NCBI GenBank assembly: GCA_963666285.1 | Contig: OY762711.1 | DNA length: 64,000 bases | Source: Sedimentisphaerales bacterium | GTDB taxonomy: Bacteria > Planctomycetota > Phycisphaerae > Sedimentisphaerales > SM23-30 | Reading direction: 5' to 3' (one strand) | Shown: positions 60,777 through 64,000 of the stretch, in pieces | Position numbering within the stretch: position 1 is the stretch's first letter | Layout of the letters: every line of letters starts with the position of its first letter | Position numbers and translations under genes: made by a program | Notes under the pieces: model-generated | The model's input: the letters and a program-made list of their open reading frames with translations, nothing else | Databases searched by the model: none | What the model was told of the DNA's origin: nothing

Positions 60777-61373
60777 GTGAGGAGTGCAAAAAATAAGATT
60801 TTATCAAACAGAGCTCGCCAAATTATTTTTTGGTTGAGCTTTCTTTTTTTTATTTTAGCAGTTTTTACCCAATACAGCATGTATAACAGAAATTCGACAA
60901 ACGACTGGGATACCTACCACAACAACAGGTTCATTGTCAATCAGGTCAACGATGGTGATACTATCTATCTGGACTTGTATGACAGTATAGCATGTCGTTC
61001 TAAAACCAGGGTAAGACTAATCGGTGTCGATACTCCGGAACTTGCTTCTGATAGATCTCCTGCTATGCCCTACGCTGAAAAAGCCAGGGATTACGTTACT
61101 CAGCTCTGCCTGAACAGGGAGGTTATCATAAAGCTGGAACCTAACCGCAGTTGCCACAGGGACAAGTACAAACGCCTGTTGGCATATATCTACCTTACCG
61201 AAGACAGCATGCTCAACGAAAAGCTCATACGCGAAGGTTATGGTTGGGCTGACATACGGCACGAACATTTATACGACAAAAGATTTGAAAAACTTTACAA
61301 GATAGCCAGGAAAAACAAAATCGGGCTTTGGGACCTGGCCGACCCTCAACTGCCAGGCTACCTTGAAGAATAA
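60777..61373 (+). CDS. Thermonuclease (SNase) family protein
   Basis: TM anchor; VNDGDTI, VRLIGVDTPE, DKYKRLLAYIY, LIREGYG, GLW. Confidence 0.9.
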   Translation: MRSAKNKILSNRARQIIFWLSFLFFILAVFTQYSMYNRNSTNDWDTYHNNRFIVNQVNDGDTIYLDLYDSIACRSKTRVRLIGVDTPELASDRSPAMPYAEKARDYVTQLCLNREVIIKLEPNRSCHRDKYKRLLAYIYLTEDSMLNEKLIREGYGWADIRHEHLYDKRFEKLYKIARKNKIGLWDLADPQLPGYLEE

Positions 61374-61393
61374 ACAAACAAAATAGCTACAAT

Positions 61394-63184
61394 ATGAATA
61401 ATCTATCTGATATTATCTCTCACAAACTCCTTCCTAAAGTCAGTAACCCGGCCCAGTATATCGGCGGCGAAGTCAATCAGATTCGCAAAGATTGGGATAA
61501 TTGCGATGTTAAAGTCGCTTTAGCCTTCCCGGATGTATACTCTATGGGCATGTCCAACATTGGCTTTTCAATCCTGTACCATGCCATTAACCTGCTTGAC
61601 AATACCCTTGCTGAACGTACCTATTGTCCCTGGTTTGATGCCGGAGACATCATGAAACAACTGGGCATCCCACTTTTCTCCTGGGAAAATCGTATGCCCG
61701 TCAATGACTTTGACTTCGTTGGCATTACCATGCAGCATGAGCTCAGCTACAGCAATATTTTGTACTTGCTCGACCTGGCACAGATTCCATTTCGTGCCGA
61801 AAACAGAAATGACAATAACCCAATTATCATTGGCGGCGGACCTATTGCTGATTGCTGTGAGCCGGTAGCAGATTTCTTTGACTGTATCCTGCTCGGTGAC
61901 GGAGAAGAAGTTTTCCCTCAGGTTATCGAACATTATCGTCAATGCAAAAAGAATAATCTCACCAGGAAAGACATACTTCTTTCCATAGCACAAAACTTTG
62001 ATACTGTTTACGTACCTCAATTTTACAAGTTCGAGTACGCAGAAGATAACACAATCTCTTCCAGAACCGTTACCGAAAAAGGCGTACCGGAAATCATCAA
62101 TCGAGCCTGTGTGTACGATATGGACTCTGCCCCGTACCCTATCGCCCCGCTGGTAGCTAATACCGATACCCCTCATGACCGCATTGCCCTTGAAATCATG
62201 CGAGGCTGTCCTTGTCGATGTGCCTTTTGCCACGCCGGCCACACCAAGGGTAACCTCCGATCAAGAAGCATAGACAGTCTTCTGAACATTGCTTCCGAAA
62301 GCTACACTAACACTGGTCACGATACTGTTTCACTACTCAGTCTTTCCAGCAGCGACTATCCAAATCTTCACAAGCTGGCAGAACAAATGTACGATCAGTT
62401 TGAAGGCCGTAACCTTAGCATCTCTCTGCCCTCTCTGCGAGTTGACAAACAGCTCCATGAACTGCCTGCCAAAATTACAAAAACTCGCAAGGAAGGACTC
62501 ACCATCGCCGTCGAAACCGCCTCTGATACTATGCGTAAGGCCATCGGGAAAAAAGTTACCGACAGCGATCTTGAAGAAACCATGATTGAAGCCTACAAGG
62601 CCGGCTTCCTGAAAGTTAAACTATATTTTATGATCGGATTCCCCGGCGAAACCGAAGAAGATCTGCTAGGTATTGTAAAACTGGCCTCTCGTATTTCATA
62701 CCTGCGCAGACAGGTCCACGGCACTCCCGCTTCTGTTACCGCTTCTGTTTCATGGTTGGTACCCAAACCGCATACACCATTTGCCTGGGCTGCTCAACAG
62801 AACTTCGATTATTTCATGAACGCCAGGCGACTTCTCATCGACCAATGCAAAAAACTCAGAAAAGTCAGCGTGAGAGTCAAATTCCATTATATGGAACGAT
62901 CCATTCTCGAAACTATCCTCTCTCGTGGAGATAGAAGGATCAGCTACGCAATTGAGGAAGCATACAAACTCGGTGCAAAATTTGATTGCTGGGACGAAGG
63001 CTTCGAATATGACCGCTACCTGCAGGCCTTTGACAAGTTTAATATATCGCCGGATTTCTACACCGAAAGAGAAAGAACTGTCGATGAAATACAGCCTTGG
63101 TACCATCTTGGTAATGACAGTCTTGATTCCCTGTACAAAAGATATCGCAGGATAATGGAAACTATCGGCCAACAGTCCGAATAA
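61394..63184 (+). CDS. B12-binding radical SAM protein (TIGR03960-type)
   Basis: PAQYIGGEVN, FPDVYSMGMSNIG, EIMRGCPCRCAFCHAG, SLPSLR, PKPHTPF. Confidence 0.88.
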   Translation: MNNLSDIISHKLLPKVSNPAQYIGGEVNQIRKDWDNCDVKVALAFPDVYSMGMSNIGFSILYHAINLLDNTLAERTYCPWFDAGDIMKQLGIPLFSWENRMPVNDFDFVGITMQHELSYSNILYLLDLAQIPFRAENRNDNNPIIIGGGPIADCCEPVADFFDCILLGDGEEVFPQVIEHYRQCKKNNLTRKDILLSIAQNFDTVYVPQFYKFEYAEDNTISSRTVTEKGVPEIINRACVYDMDSAPYPIAPLVANTDTPHDRIALEIMRGCPCRCAFCHAGHTKGNLRSRSIDSLLNIASESYTNTGHDTVSLLSLSSSDYPNLHKLAEQMYDQFEGRNLSISLPSLRVDKQLHELPAKITKTRKEGLTIAVETASDTMRKAIGKKVTDSDLEETMIEAYKAGFLKVKLYFMIGFPGETEEDLLGIVKLASRISYLRRQVHGTPASVTASVSWLVPKPHTPFAWAAQQNFDYFMNARRLLIDQCKKLRKVSVRVKFHYMERSILETILSRGDRRISYAIEEAYKLGAKFDCWDEGFEYDRYLQAFDKFNISPDFYTERERTVDEIQPWYHLGNDSLDSLYKRYRRIMETIGQQSE

Positions 63185-63415
63185 CTTATCCATTATACGT
63201 TTTATAGTACCCTGCTTATATGTATTGATAAATATACTATCCTGTCAGCTGTTTGGCCGGACCATACACATCTCGTTGTCAAACCAGTACTTAAAAACTG
63301 CCTGCTGCCTTTAATGCCGGTCTGTCTCCCAATCTCAATCTCCAGTTTTATACGATTGCCATTCCTCCTCGCTTATTATATGCCTGTTTTCAACCGAAAA
63401 CACTTAATGAATAAT

Positions 63416-63434
63416 GAAAATGATAATCTTATTA
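63416..63434 (+). promoter_or_regulatory. Fur-box-like site upstream of hemerythrin
   Basis: GAAAATGATAATCTTATTA matches GATAATGATAATCATTATC at 14 of 19 positions. Confidence 0.4.
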
Positions 63435-63449
63435 TAACGGAGATACATA

Positions 63450-63854
63450 ATGGCTTTTATAACATGGAACGATTCCTATTCTGTCGGTGTTTCATCTATT
63501 GACAATCAGCACAAGAAACTCTGTGATCTGGTTAACCAGCTGCACGACGCTATGGGAGCTGGTAAAGGTACCGATATTGTTGGCAGTATTATCGCCGAAA
63601 CGGTTAAATACACACAGCAGCATTTCGCCTATGAAGAAAATTACATGAAAAGCATTAACTACCCATTACTTAGTCAACATAAATTACTTCATCAGAAATT
63701 AATCGCTGAAGTTGCTGATTTACAAAAAAAAGTAACTAACAAAGAACGGATTAACGTAATTGCTACCTGTCAATTTCTAAAAGACTGGCTTACCAGCCAT
63801 ATCCTGAAAGAAGACAAAAAGTATTCTCAAAACCGACAACCTGCTTCTGTCTAA
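63450..63854 (+). CDS. Bacteriohemerythrin
   Basis: W...YSVGV..ID.QHKKL, HFAYEE, HKLLH, WL..HI..ED.KY. Confidence 0.93.
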   Translation: MAFITWNDSYSVGVSSIDNQHKKLCDLVNQLHDAMGAGKGTDIVGSIIAETVKYTQQHFAYEENYMKSINYPLLSQHKLLHQKLIAEVADLQKKVTNKERINVIATCQFLKDWLTSHILKEDKKYSQNRQPASV

Positions 63855-64000
63855 TCAGAAATTGTCATACTAAGAAAATGGGCTAATATATGGGTGCTGG
63901 TAAAGGTAGTGATGTATTTGCTTCAATACCGGTAAATTGCTGCAATACACAAAAGAACACTTCAAATTTGAAGATCAAATGTTGCAGCAAATGAACTATC

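Noticed and set aside
61394..63184. Radical SAM gene as a RiPP maturase
   Set aside because: It is a widespread TIGR03960-type protein with no SPASM domain, precursor peptide or exporter nearby.
63314..63502. 62-aa ORF overlapping the hemerythrin start
   Set aside because: No RBS or motif, and it spans the regulatory region of the real gene.

Overview
64 kb of bacterial chromosome, AT-rich by eye. It is most consistent with an anaerobic Planctomycetota of the Phycisphaerae/Sedimentisphaerales type. This is an inference from the PEP-CTERM protein, dockerin-like DxxGDxxV...W anchors, the grpE-zinc ribbon-yacG and purA-uppS-cdsA gene orders, and the multi-PDZ RseP. Housekeeping genes are serA, fliM, rarA, tkt, rnhB, cdsA, uppS, purA, trxB, hslU, udg, rsgA, an lptF/G-family gene, comF, rnfB, dxr and rseP, plus tRNA-Val(GAC) and tRNA-Gly(CCC). 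Accessory modules are (i) an operon of a TonB-dependent receptor, a TPR lipoprotein and a beta-helix protein behind a Pho-box-like 11-bp-periodic repeat; (ii) two decayed mobile-element chimeras, an IS66 N-terminus fused in frame to the grpE 3' end and an integrase-like N-terminus fused to a transposase C-terminus beside tRNA-Val; (iii) a HypD-type glycyl radical enzyme with its activase; (iv) a CusCBA-type efflux operon with three YHS copies and an ArsR/SmtB-like operator; (v) a glycan cluster (GH16, GH95, GH92, sulfatase-GH43 fusion) headed by two divergent paralogs sharing an unassigned Trp/Gly-rich domain with different surface anchors; and (vi) a small membrane-protein gene behind a strongly structured, switch-like 5' leader. 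No CRISPR array or rRNA was seen. All calls come from reading the sequence and motifs; no searches were run.
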